Shown here in pieces: positions 9,569 through 18,041 of a stretch of DNA of 64,000 nucleotides (within the stretch, counting starts at the first letter, position 1; each line of letters starts with the position of its first letter). Where the stretch lies: the NCBI GenBank assembly GCA_022826485.1, contig JAJDUU010000021.1:65558-129557 (forward strand), given 5' to 3'. The notes under the pieces are model-generated. The model did no database searches. It saw only the letters and a program-made list of their open reading frames with translations, and was not told where the DNA came from. The position numbers and the translations under genes were made by a program. The stretch is from Chloroflexota bacterium. Its GTDB lineage: Bacteria > Chloroflexota > UBA11872.

Positions 9569-10573
9569 TCAGGCACTGCGACGACTCCAAACCGCCAGCG
9601 CGACGGCGCCGGCAGCGGTCACCAGACCCAGGGCGCCTAAGACTATGCCGACGATGCCAATGACGCGCGTGCCGGCCGCCTCGTCGAGCGCCTCGTCCGC
9701 CGAAGCCTGCGAGTTGCGCACCACTCCCTCGAGCTCTCGCACGCTGGGGAGCGCGACGGGGAACTGGGCCACGGCGCGCGACTGCACGGCGTCGAACGTA
9801 TTCGCGCCGGACTCGAAGGCCTCATCGAACGGCTGGCCTTCGATGCTGCCAACGAACCGGAACCGATAGCCGCCAGGCTGCGTCGGAATGAAGTCCGCCG
9901 TGTAGGCGCCGGGGTGGTCGAACAGCGGCGCGAGCGCCATGACCGTCGACTGCCCGGAGGATATGTGGGTGACTTCAACCTGGAGCGTGTCCTCCAGACC
10001 GGTCACCGGGCCGCCGAGGCCGGCGGCGGCATGGGCTTCATCCGTGTGCATCCCGCTCGCGATGAGTTGCGGCTCGCCGGTGCGGTTCAGAAACACGACG
10101 GTGGCGCCCGGCTGGGCGCGAAGCATGGGCGGCACGGCGCCGTCTGCGCGCAACTCGATCTCCACGCGACTTCCCGCCGGTGCGTCCCGTGAGACTTCGA
10201 TCGACCCGGCACTGACGGCGTTGAGGTGGCTGTGGTAGGGAATCGTCATGCCGTCGAGGTCGTGCGGAATCTCCACCTCGAACGCGTCGCCGTCCTCGAA
10301 TGGCGTGGACACGAAGACGCCTCCGTGGGCCATGACGTCCGGCATCTGGCCGCCCGCCATGTCGTCAGGCTCCTGGGCCCCTTTTCTGGTGACCTCGAAA
10401 AATACGGCATTCAGATAGCCCTCGTAGGCGGGTTCGTTGAGGAAGCCGACGACAACGTCGTAGCCGGCCGATTCTCGGCCTTCGTGGGCCAGCACGCCCG
10501 AGGCCGCCGTGGCGGATAGGACCATCGCCGTCACCAGCGCGCGCACCGCGGCACGCGCGGATGTCCATGGCAT
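9569..10573 (-). CDS. Secreted, C-terminally membrane-anchored protein of the copper operon (possible Cu-binding protein with N-terminal His after the signal peptide)
   Basis: ATG at 10573 gives MPWTSARAAVRALVTAMVLSATAASGVLA|HEG… (signal peptide, then His). A C-terminal hydrophobic anchor (…VIGIVGIVLGALGLVTAAGAVALAVW) follows. It is co-directional with and immediately upstream of CopCD. No confident family assignment. Confidence 0.5.
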   Translation of the reverse strand: MPWTSARAAVRALVTAMVLSATAASGVLAHEGRESAGYDVVVGFLNEPAYEGYLNAVFFEVTRKGAQEPDDMAGGQMPDVMAHGGVFVSTPFEDGDAFEVEIPHDLDGMTIPYHSHLNAVSAGSIEVSRDAPAGSRVEIELRADGAVPPMLRAQPGATVVFLNRTGEPQLIASGMHTDEAHAAAGLGGPVTGLEDTLQVEVTHISSGQSTVMALAPLFDHPGAYTADFIPTQPGGYRFRFVGSIEGQPFDEAFESGANTFDAVQSRAVAQFPVALPSVRELEGVVRNSQASADEALDEAAGTRVIGIVGIVLGALGLVTAAGAVALAVWSRRSA

Positions 10574-10649
10574 GTCAGTTCTCCTTAGAGGCTGTGCACG
10601 GCGGCGTGAAACGACGAGACGCCTGCCGTGGTCGTGGTCGACTCGTCGA

Positions 10650-10997
10650 CTAGGCTCGTGGCGGTGGATGCGCCAGCTTTGGCGCCCATTCGGCGACCCG
10701 CTGGATGGCGAGCGAGGTCCGCCGCGACGCGACCAGGAGCAGCGCCGCGGCGAGCAACGCCGGAATGACCCCCGCCAGCAGCCCGGACACGCCCTCGGGG
10801 AACTCGCCCGAGGACGCCTCCGAATCGGTCTCCGCTGGCGCGTCGCCGGTCGCAAGGTGCACATGGCGGTGCCCTTCGTGACCGGGCGGAACCTCCATGT
10901 CGATGGCCTGCGCGAGCAGCACCGTCAGCACGGGCGCCGCGAGGGCAAGCAGCGCCGCTCGCGCGAGGATGCGCCCACCGACGCCGGATAGCTTCAT
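10650..10997 (-). CDS. Small His-rich membrane/periplasmic protein (putative metal-binding)
   Basis: ATG at 10997 gives MKLSGVGGRILARAALLALAAPVLTVLLAQA… then PPGHEGHRHVHLATGD and a C-terminal TM segment. It is the first gene of the minus-strand copper cluster. Confidence 0.4.
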   Translation of the reverse strand: MKLSGVGGRILARAALLALAAPVLTVLLAQAIDMEVPPGHEGHRHVHLATGDAPAETDSEASSGEFPEGVSGLLAGVIPALLAAALLLVASRRTSLAIQRVAEWAPKLAHPPPRA

Positions 10998-11155
10998 GGC
11001 TGCGGATACTCGCGGGAATCGACTGAGCGAACGAGCCAAGCTTACTGCCGCCGTGCGAGGGCCTCGCCAGCGGTGTACGCGATTCTGGGGTCGGAGCGCC
11101 GCGTGGTAGCCCAATGTCGGAGGGCACCCTTGATTCGTCGGTTGACTCATGGGGA

Positions 11156-11184
11156 TGGATTCCCGCCTTCGCGGGAATGACGGA
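11156..11184. repeat. REP-like palindromic element, copy 3 (ATGGATTCCCGCCTTCGCGGGAATGACGG)
   Basis: Same core as the other copies. It lies upstream of the copper cluster and gives rise to the spurious 'DSRLRGNDG' and 'IPAKAGI' peptides in the ORF track. Confidence 0.6.
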
Positions 11185-11221
11185 TTGAAGGCGTTCCGCC
11201 ACCCTCACGGAAGCCTTCCGA

Positions 11222-11488
11222 CTACAGGCGTGCAGACATATCAACGGGAAGGACAACCAGCATCGTGGAGCCGGCGCGGTTGGCGGACGCTCCATCGTCG
11301 GCGGCGGGAACATTGGCCCGGATGTGCTCGATGACCGCCGCGACCTCGCGTTCGGCGACGCCGACCAACAGCGTCACGTTGCCGCGCCGGAGAAACCCGC
11401 CCGTGGTGTTGATGCGCGTGACGCGAAACTCATCCTCGACCAGCGCCGCCTGGACCGCGTTGGCGTCGTCATTCGACAACACGGCCAT
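11222..11488 (-). CDS. darA: PII-like cyclic-di-AMP receptor (DarA/PstA, DUF970 family)
   Basis: MAVLSNDDANAVQAALVEDEFRVTRINTTGGFLRRGNVTLLVGVAEREV… matches the DarA/YaaQ pattern (F-R-V-T-K/R-x-x-T-T-G-G-F-L-x-x-G-N-T-x-L-x-G-V). Confidence 0.6.
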   Translation of the reverse strand: MAVLSNDDANAVQAALVEDEFRVTRINTTGGFLRRGNVTLLVGVAEREVAAVIEHIRANVPAADDGASANRAGSTMLVVLPVDMSARL

Positions 11489-11577
11489 GACGAGGCGTTC
11501 GACTGGATTCTCGGGTTGCACGAGCCACCAGCGCGAATTAGGTAGCGCGCGACGCTAGCACCGGCTAAATCGAGGGG

Positions 11578-12405
11578 TCAATCTCCGGGGGGCGGGAACG
11601 CCAGGTGCAAACCTTGCGCATGCGCCAGATCGAGCATGGCCTGGTGGATGCGCCCGTTGCTGAACACACAGCGGCGGCTGTCGGGGCCCATGGGACGCCC
11701 ATAGACGTCGGTGGCGCGACCACCGGCCCGCTCGACGATCAACGTCGCCGCCGCCTGGTCCCACCACTTGACGTTGCCCAGGAGCGCGCCGTCAAAGCGT
11801 CCCGCCGCCACCCAGGCCATCTCGAGGGCGGCGCTGCCGGTCAGCCTGACGCGATGAAAGACGGCGGCCGCCGCGGGCAGCGCTTCGCCAAGGCGCTTCG
11901 TGTCCTCCGGCGAGGCGCCGGCCTGCGCCCAGGCCACGGCTGAAATGGCGGGATCGTCGCGATCCGTGACGCGCACCGTCGCGCCGTTGCACGCCGCGGG
12001 CCCGTCGGCGGTGGCGGTAAACAGCTCGTCGCGCACCGGATCGAAGATCACGCCGACGTCAATGCGCCCGTGGGTCGCATGCGCCACGCTGACGCAAAAC
12101 TGCGGCTGGCCGCGAGAGTAGTTGTCGGTGCCGTCGAGCGGATCGATGACCCAAACGTCGGGTCCCAGGATGTCGTCGTGCGGTGCTTCTTCGGAGAGAA
12201 TCACGTGGTCGGGGAACCGGGCCATAATCACCTCGCGGATGGCGGCATCGGCAGCCATATCGGCATCGGTGACCACCGTCCGCTCGCCCTGGTAGGTCTT
12301 CCAGCGAATGTCGATGGCGCCGGCCAATCGCTGCATGAGCTCGCCGCCGGCCGCGCGCGCCGCCAGGGTGGCGGCCTCGAGCATGGCGGCGGGGTCGGCG
12401 GTCAT
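11578..12405 (-). CDS. Inositol monophosphatase family protein (IMPase/SuhB-like)
   Basis: Motifs …EE…DPLDGT… (WVIDPLDGTDNY) and the WDxAAG region (…WDQAAATLIV…). Confidence 0.75.
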   Translation of the reverse strand: MTADPAAMLEAATLAARAAGGELMQRLAGAIDIRWKTYQGERTVVTDADMAADAAIREVIMARFPDHVILSEEAPHDDILGPDVWVIDPLDGTDNYSRGQPQFCVSVAHATHGRIDVGVIFDPVRDELFTATADGPAACNGATVRVTDRDDPAISAVAWAQAGASPEDTKRLGEALPAAAAVFHRVRLTGSAALEMAWVAAGRFDGALLGNVKWWDQAAATLIVERAGGRATDVYGRPMGPDSRRCVFSNGRIHQAMLDLAHAQGLHLAFPPPGD

Positions 12406-12635
12406 GAGTTTCGGGCGTCGCGCCGACCGAGCGACATCGAGCCGGCGGAGGGTGCGGTGTGCATGGACGTATTGCTTTGCCGTTGGCCTGGCGGCGGCAT
12501 CATAGACGGCGGCTCATCCGCGGACCATGGCGCAAGGCGCGTTGTCCGACCGGCGCACCACGAACGCCGCCGTGGACCACAACCCGCACGGGGTACGCTA
12601 GCGCCCGTGCGCCGCGCGTATCGAGAGTGCAGGAC

Positions 12636-13811
12636 ATGCATCCGCTGACGTTTGCCGACCAAGAGCTCACGAACCTCCGTGGCAAGGGCCTGTGGCGGCC
12701 CCTGCGCGTGTTGGAATCTCCGCAGGGTCCGCGAATTCGCATCGGCGGAGACGACCTGCTGAACATGTCATCGAACGACTATCTAGGGCTGGCCAACGAC
12801 CCCGAGATGCGCGCCGCCGCGCAGGCTGCGGTGGATGCGTTTGGCGCCGGCGCCGGCGCGGTGCGGACCATTGCCGGGACGATGGAAATCCACGAGGCGC
12901 TGGAGCGTGAGATCGCCGAGTGGAAGGGCGTGGAAGCGACCCTGGTCTTGCAGTCGGGCTTCGCCGCCAATCTGGGCGCGGTGGCCTCGCTGGTGGGGCG
13001 TGACGACGTGATCCTGAGCGACGAGCTCAACCACGCCAGCATCATCGACGCGTGCCGGCTCAGCCGCGCCACCGTGCGCCGTTTCGCCCACGGCGACGCG
13101 GATTCGCTGCGCGCCGAGTTGCGGCAATGTGACGGCTATCCGCGCAAGCTGGTGGTGACCGATGGAGTGTTCAGCATGGATGGCGACATCGCCCCGCTGC
13201 CGGATCTGGTCGAGGTCGCCGAGGACTTTGGCGCGATGGTGATGGTGGACGACGCCCACGGCAGCGGCGTGCTGGGGCGGGGCGGGCGCGGCACGGTGGA
13301 CCACTTTGGACTCAAGGGCAGAGTCCACGTGCAGATGGGCACGCTGTCCAAGGCCATCGGATCGATGGGCGGCTACCTGGCGGGCTCGCAGACCTTGCGG
13401 GACTACCTGATCCACCACGCGCGACCCTTCCTGTTCTCGACCTCACATCCTCCAGCCGTGGTGGGCGCCACGCGGGCCGCCATCGCGATCCTCTCGCGTG
13501 ACACGCAGCGGGTGGAGAAGCTCTGGGAGAACGCACGTCAATTCAAGGCCGGCCTGGCGGACCTTGGGCTCAATACGGGACGCAGCGAGACGCCGATCAC
13601 GCCGGTGATCGTGGGCGAGGCGGAGACGGCGCACGCGTTGAGTGACAAGCTCCGCAGCCTTGGGATATTCGTTCAAAGCGTGGCGTATCCAACCGTGGCG
13701 CGGGACGCCGCGCGGGTGCGGGTGATGGTGAGCGCCGCGCACAGTCGCGACGATCTGGACCAGGCCATTGGTGCGTTTGCGCAGGCCGCCACCGACCTGG
13801 ACCTCAACTGA
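12636..13811 (+). CDS. Class-II PLP aminotransferase of the 8-amino-7-oxononanoate synthase / glycine C-acetyltransferase family
   Basis: …NMSSNDYLGLANDPE…, …SDELNHASIIDACRLS…, …VDDAHGSGVLG… and the PLP-Lys motif …GTLSKAIGSMGGY…. ATG at 12636 (MHPLTFADQELTNLRGKG…). Kbl and BioF cannot be told apart by eye. Confidence 0.8.
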   Translation: MHPLTFADQELTNLRGKGLWRPLRVLESPQGPRIRIGGDDLLNMSSNDYLGLANDPEMRAAAQAAVDAFGAGAGAVRTIAGTMEIHEALEREIAEWKGVEATLVLQSGFAANLGAVASLVGRDDVILSDELNHASIIDACRLSRATVRRFAHGDADSLRAELRQCDGYPRKLVVTDGVFSMDGDIAPLPDLVEVAEDFGAMVMVDDAHGSGVLGRGGRGTVDHFGLKGRVHVQMGTLSKAIGSMGGYLAGSQTLRDYLIHHARPFLFSTSHPPAVVGATRAAIAILSRDTQRVEKLWENARQFKAGLADLGLNTGRSETPITPVIVGEAETAHALSDKLRSLGIFVQSVAYPTVARDAARVRVMVSAAHSRDDLDQAIGAFAQAATDLDLN

Positions 13812-13880
13812 GGGGCTTGTCGATGGGCGGTTTTGGCTCCGAGATTGACCCGTGAGACTGGGTAGAGTCCAAGAGGTCCG

Positions 13881-14999
13881 GTGCTAGAATCCCGCCCATC
13901 TGCGACGGAGGGCCTAGCGGCGGTGGCCGATCAGCTCGATGAGCTCCGCCGCGCGGTGGACGCGTCGGATGATGAATTGGTTCGGCTGCTGAGCCAGCGC
14001 GCGGCCATCGCCCGCGAAATCGGCAGCCTCAAGGCCGAGACTTCGAGACCGTCATATGCTCCCGATCGCGAGCGCGCGATTCTGGATCGCGTGACCGCAG
14101 CCAATCACGGTCCCCTGAGCGCATCGCACATTCGAGACATCTTCCGCGAGATCATCTCGGCCTGCCGCAGCCTCGAAGAGCCTGAACGGGTGGTGTTCCT
14201 GGGACCGGCCTACACCTTTAGCCACGAGGCCGCGCGCGCTCACTTCGGCCGCTCGGCCAGCTATCTTCCCGCCGACTCGTTTCGCGAGGTCTTTGCTCAC
14301 GTCGAGCGCGGCGACGCCGCCTATGGCCTCGTCCCGGTGGAGAACTCAACCAGCGGGACCATTGGCGAGACCCTGGATCTGTTTTCGGAACACGATGTCT
14401 CGATTTGCGGCGAAGTGGTCGTGCCCATTTCGCATAACCTCATCGCCTCGGCCATCGAGGACTCGTTCGACACGGTCTTTTCGCACGCCCAGGCGCTGCA
14501 CCAGTGCCGCGACTGGCTGGCGCGCCAGTTGCCGACGGCGACGCGGCACGAGGTGGCCAGCACGTCCGAGGCCGCGCAGCGGGCCAGCGCGCAGCCCGGA
14601 GCGGCCGCCATTGGCACGGTGGCTGCCGCCGAGGCGTATGGGCTCATAGTCGTCCAGCAGCACATCCAGGACATCGCGGCCAACCGGACTCGCTTCTATG
14701 TGATCGCGCGCCGGCCGGCCAGCCGCACCGGACGAGACCGCACGGCATTGCTGGTTTCCATCCGCGACCGCGTGGGCGCGCTGCACGACATGCTCGGCAC
14801 GCTGCGCAGCCACGACGTCAACCTGAGCTACATCCAATCGCGTCCGTCCCGCACCAGGCCGGGCGACTACCTGTTCTTCCTCGAATTGACCGGCCACCCG
14901 GACGACGCCAACGTGGAGCAAGCGCTCGACGAGCTGGCCACGACGAGCGTGCTCGCTCGCGTGCTGGGCGCCTGGCCGACAAGCCCGGCACCGGCCTAG
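13881..14999 (+). CDS. pheA: Bifunctional chorismate mutase / prephenate dehydratase (P-protein)
   Basis: N-terminal chorismate mutase helices (…LDELRRAVDASDDELVRLLSQRAAIAREIG…), the PDT domain (…VVFLGPAYTFSHEAA… …ESTSG…) and a C-terminal ACT domain. GTG start at 13881. Confidence 0.8.
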   Translation: MLESRPSATEGLAAVADQLDELRRAVDASDDELVRLLSQRAAIAREIGSLKAETSRPSYAPDRERAILDRVTAANHGPLSASHIRDIFREIISACRSLEEPERVVFLGPAYTFSHEAARAHFGRSASYLPADSFREVFAHVERGDAAYGLVPVENSTSGTIGETLDLFSEHDVSICGEVVVPISHNLIASAIEDSFDTVFSHAQALHQCRDWLARQLPTATRHEVASTSEAAQRASAQPGAAAIGTVAAAEAYGLIVVQQHIQDIAANRTRFYVIARRPASRTGRDRTALLVSIRDRVGALHDMLGTLRSHDVNLSYIQSRPSRTRPGDYLFFLELTGHPDDANVEQALDELATTSVLARVLGAWPTSPAPA

Positions 15000-15220
15000 C
15001 CGGGGTTCGCAACTCCGGCGCGGGGCCGGGAATGGAGGCGGCGCGCCAACTCGCGCCGTGCCAGGAAGATGCGGCGACCGCAGCCCGTACACCGGAGCCC
15101 GACGTCACCGCCCACGCGCGTCACCGTCCACGTATCGGCGCCGCACGGGTGCGGCTTGCGCATGCGCACGGTTTCTCCGACGGCGAACTGCGGAATGTCG
15201 GCCGACGGCGACTCGGTCAC
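14996..15220 (-). CDS. DUF951-family small protein
   Basis: …GETVRMRKPHPCGADTWTVTRVGGDVGLRCTGCGRRIFLARRELARRL… matches the conserved DUF951 signature (KPHPCG…W…RVGADI…C..CGR). There is a 4-nt overlap with pyrF. Confidence 0.5.
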   Translation of the reverse strand: MTESPSADIPQFAVGETVRMRKPHPCGADTWTVTRVGGDVGLRCTGCGRRIFLARRELARRLHSRPRAGVANPG

Positions 15221-16092
15221 GCCGACCGCACCGCGTTGATGCGGTCGCGCAGCTCGCGCACGGCGGCGCGCGTCGCGAGCGCATAGTCGGCGTCGGCCGA
15301 TGCCCAGAGCGCGTTGCGTCCCGCGTTGATAAGCACCCCGGCGGGCGCCTCACCAAAGCCGTGCCGCACGACCGATTCCAGGTCGCCGCCTTGGGCGCCG
15401 ACGCCCGGCGCCAGCAGCGGCACGGTTGGCGCCGCGGCACGCACGCGGCGCACGTCGCCGGCCCGGGTGGCGCCGACGACCATCCCCAAGTTGCCCAACG
15501 CCGACCGTGACTGAATCTCACCGGCTATGCGCATGAACAGTGGATCCGCGTCCCGCGAACTCCCCTGAACGGCGTCCGCGTCCGGATTGCTGCTGCGGCC
15601 CCACACGAACACGCCGCGCGCCGGATCGACGAGCATTGGCTCGACCGTGTCCCAACCGCCGTAGAGGTCAACGGTCACCGCATCGGCATCGAATGCATCG
15701 AATGCCGCGCGAGCGTATCGCTCCATCGTGTCCGAAATATCCCCAAACTTACCGTCAAGAATCACGATGGCGCGATGGTCAATATGGTCGATGATATCGG
15801 CGAGCAGTCGAATCCCATCGGCGCCTAGCGCAAGATAAAACGCGAGATTTGGCTTGAAGGCCGCTACGTGTTCGACAGATGCGTCTACGACACTTCGCAG
15901 AAACTCTCGAGCACCTTCAATCGTGTGTGGAAGATTGGTGGGAAGTTGCGTCAGGACAACATCCAGACCAAGGCACACCCACGACTGCTTGGCCTCAGCC
16001 TCGGCCCACAGCCTTGCGGAGAATTCCGGCGGGTCCCCGGAAGCGTTGAGCGCTTCGATCTTCTCGGCCCGCGGCCGTGGTCGATGACTCAT
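15217..16092 (-). CDS. pyrF: Orotidine 5'-phosphate decarboxylase (type 2)
   Basis: ATG at 16092 (MSHRPRPRAEKIEAL…). Motifs …VCLGLD… and …DGKFGDI… and an overall long-form OMPdecase layout. Confidence 0.8.
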   Translation of the reverse strand: MSHRPRPRAEKIEALNASGDPPEFSARLWAEAEAKQSWVCLGLDVVLTQLPTNLPHTIEGAREFLRSVVDASVEHVAAFKPNLAFYLALGADGIRLLADIIDHIDHRAIVILDGKFGDISDTMERYARAAFDAFDADAVTVDLYGGWDTVEPMLVDPARGVFVWGRSSNPDADAVQGSSRDADPLFMRIAGEIQSRSALGNLGMVVGATRAGDVRRVRAAAPTVPLLAPGVGAQGGDLESVVRHGFGEAPAGVLINAGRNALWASADADYALATRAAVRELRDRINAVRSA

Positions 16093-16148
16093 GCTCGCGG
16101 TCAATGGTAGCCTATCGGCCCCGAACAGATCGCGCCTGGTGCGCGCCG

Positions 16149-16379
16149 ATGAGACTCCGCAAGCTGTTTCGAAGAGAACCGCCCCCCAGCGAGTGGCCAA
16201 TCCGCTACACTGTCAAAGTGATGCCGCGCGAGACACTGCGAACGATTGCCGAGCGGGAGTATGGCGATCAACGCCAGTGGCAGATCATCTTCGACCGCAA
16301 TAAGTGGCGATTTGACGGCGAGGATCCTCAGGCGGTTTATCCCGGAATGGATCTCGATATCCCGGAACCCGCGACATAG
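16149..16379 (+). CDS. LysM-domain small protein
   Basis: …YTVKVMPRETLRTIAEREYGDQRQWQIIFDRNKWRFDGEDPQAVYPGMDLDIPEP… fits the LysM pattern. Confidence 0.45.
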   Translation: MRLRKLFRREPPPSEWPIRYTVKVMPRETLRTIAEREYGDQRQWQIIFDRNKWRFDGEDPQAVYPGMDLDIPEPAT

Positions 16380-16394
16380 GCCAAGGCCGGGTAT

Positions 16395-16483
16395 TGGTGC
16401 CGAAGGTCGGGATCGAACCGACACGAGGAGTTACCTCACTGGTTTTTGAGACCAGCGCGTCTACCAATTCCGCCACTTCGGCG
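16395..16483 (-). tRNA. tRNA-Leu (anticodon CAA)
   Basis: Reverse complement: GCCGAAGTGGCGGAATTGGTAGACGCGCTGGTCTCAAAAACCAGTGAGGTAACTCCTCGTGTCGGTTCGATCCCGACCTTCGGCACCA. It shows an acceptor stem, anticodon loop CUCAAAA, a long variable arm, a T-arm GTCGG/TTCGATC/CCGAC, and an encoded CCA. Confidence 0.85.
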
Positions 16484-16485
16484 CG

Positions 16486-16562
16486 TGGCAGGAGTGGAGG
16501 GACTCGAACCCCCGACCTACGGTTTTGGAGACCGTTGCTCTAGCCAACTGAGCTACACTCCT
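16486..16562 (-). tRNA. tRNA-Trp (anticodon CCA)
   Basis: Reverse complement: AGGAGTGTAGCTCAGTTGGCTAGAGCAACGGTCTCCAAAACCGTAGGTCGGGGGTTCGAGTCCCTCCACTCCTGCCA, with anticodon loop CUCCAAA. It is 2 nt from the tRNA-Leu 5' end. Confidence 0.85.
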
Positions 16563-16787
16563 CCGCCGGTTTCACGGTAGCACAGGATCGGCGCGCCGCG
16601 GCCGCCGTTTTGAGCCTCGCGCGAGCCCAAGTCATACCGGCGCTACCCGCGCAGACCGGGGCGACACGGCGACGCGGACCGTAGCATTCCTGGGACGCGG
16701 GTGGTCGTTGATTCTGTCAGATCGAACACACATTGGCCACTCAGTTTGTACCAATGGATCAGTGTGACGATTCAAGTTGGCCGAGGC

Positions 16788-16816
16788 ATAGATTCCCGCC
16801 TTCGCGGGAATGACGA
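16788..16816. repeat. REP-like palindromic element, copy 4 (ATAGATTCCCGCCTTCGCGGGAATGACGAGGGG)
   Basis: Same core as the other copies. It lies in the intergenic region between tRNA-Trp and the 16979..17929 gene. Confidence 0.6.
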
Positions 16817-16978
16817 GGGGTAGAATCCAGGTGTTCTCCTGGCCTGGAGCATTCACTGCCATTGCACGGATCACAGATCATTCACTGGAAGCAAATCGTT
16901 CGACAGAGGTGCTCAGGATGGAACCAACATGGTTTTCACTTAGACTCGAACAATCGACGTCATCGATTTAGACCTGAC

Positions 16979-17929
16979 TTATTCGGCCTGCATCCAATGC
17001 CGATATTCGCTCCAAATGTCGTCTGGTCCCCTGTCCGGCTTGAAGACCAAGCGCCCCTGCCAACGGTACGCTTCGCCGGCCTGGCATTGCTTGATGACGA
17101 TGCCGAAGTCCCACGCCGGGTTGCGCGGCCCGCCCCCGGTCGGCTGGATGGCAAACCGCAGATGGTCATCCGTGCGCAGCATCAGCGCCAGCACCATGTT
17201 CCGCCAGCGGCCGAACATCACCGGCTCGACGTAGCGCAGGGGTTGGATGTTGTGCAGCAGGCGTCCCGCGGGATCCGGTTCGCCGGGCAGCAGCGCCGCT
17301 TCCCGCTCCGAGGCGAAGGCGCGTGCATCGTGCGGCGGCTCGGCCAGCGTCGCGGCCCTGTCGCTCTCCGCCCCTGCCCGAGGCCGGGCGCGAATGTAGG
17401 TGGTCTTGACCTCGGGCCGCCGGATATAGCAGGCCCAGAACAACCCCACCCAGTCGCCGGTGAACGAGCCTGGATGCGGGGACATCACGGTTTCCAGGTC
17501 GACGTAGTGGGGCGGTACGACTCTGAATGTGGTCTGCACGTCGACGCGTTGCGGTGGTTGGACGCGCGTCGTCAGGACTACGGTGGATTCGTCCACGCGC
17601 GTGAGGCTGCTGGGCGTGGGTGCGCCGCCGGAGCGCCCATCGACCCAGCGCGGTCGCATTGATGAGCCGGCGGCGTCGTAGACAAACTCGAAATTCAGGC
17701 CGCTTCCCCCGGCCACGCCGAAGATGTTCTCCGCCGGGCCGTGGCGGCTGTAGAGCTGTCGCATGCCGTTGTAGCCGGTGTACCTGTCGAAGCGAAAAGG
17801 GCCGTCTTCAAAGGTGCCGTCCTTGATCGCGGCCATGCGGGCGTCGTCCCGAGTCGGGGGGTCTGAAGCGTCGGCGTTGTCGACGATCTCGACGAACAGA
17901 TCGCCGGCGGTTATGAACTGGGTGCCCAC
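16979..17929 (-). CDS. Hypothetical protein (316 aa), divergent partner of the tandem paralog pair
   Basis: A long ORF on the opposite strand from no better-supported gene. I recognise no confident family. It shares a ~110-bp divergent region with the 18042 gene. Confidence 0.45.
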   Translation of the reverse strand: MGTQFITAGDLFVEIVDNADASDPPTRDDARMAAIKDGTFEDGPFRFDRYTGYNGMRQLYSRHGPAENIFGVAGGSGLNFEFVYDAAGSSMRPRWVDGRSGGAPTPSSLTRVDESTVVLTTRVQPPQRVDVQTTFRVVPPHYVDLETVMSPHPGSFTGDWVGLFWACYIRRPEVKTTYIRARPRAGAESDRAATLAEPPHDARAFASEREAALLPGEPDPAGRLLHNIQPLRYVEPVMFGRWRNMVLALMLRTDDHLRFAIQPTGGGPRNPAWDFGIVIKQCQAGEAYRWQGRLVFKPDRGPDDIWSEYRHWMQAE

Positions 17930-18041
17930 GCGCGCCCTCCAGTGCTGTCTCGTGGATGAGATAGCGTCTGATACGCTGCGCCGTCAACTGGTGGCCCGCG
18001 AAATCGACGCCGAGACGCGGGTCGGCGGAAGGGGTTGTGCC

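Noticed and set aside
9528-11334. Short ORFs containing DSRLRGNDG, IPAKAGI, IPAFAGMT and SFRRKPES peptides (9528..9869, 11149..11334, 10585..11313, 16632..16874, part of 6318..7280)
   Set aside because: These are translations of the REP-like palindromic repeat in different frames. They are repeat artefacts, not genes.
12406-12635. Possible glycine riboswitch in the 230-nt leader of the kbl/bioF-family gene
   Set aside because: By eye I could not find the conserved glycine-aptamer core motifs. Left unconfirmed; an Infernal scan would decide.
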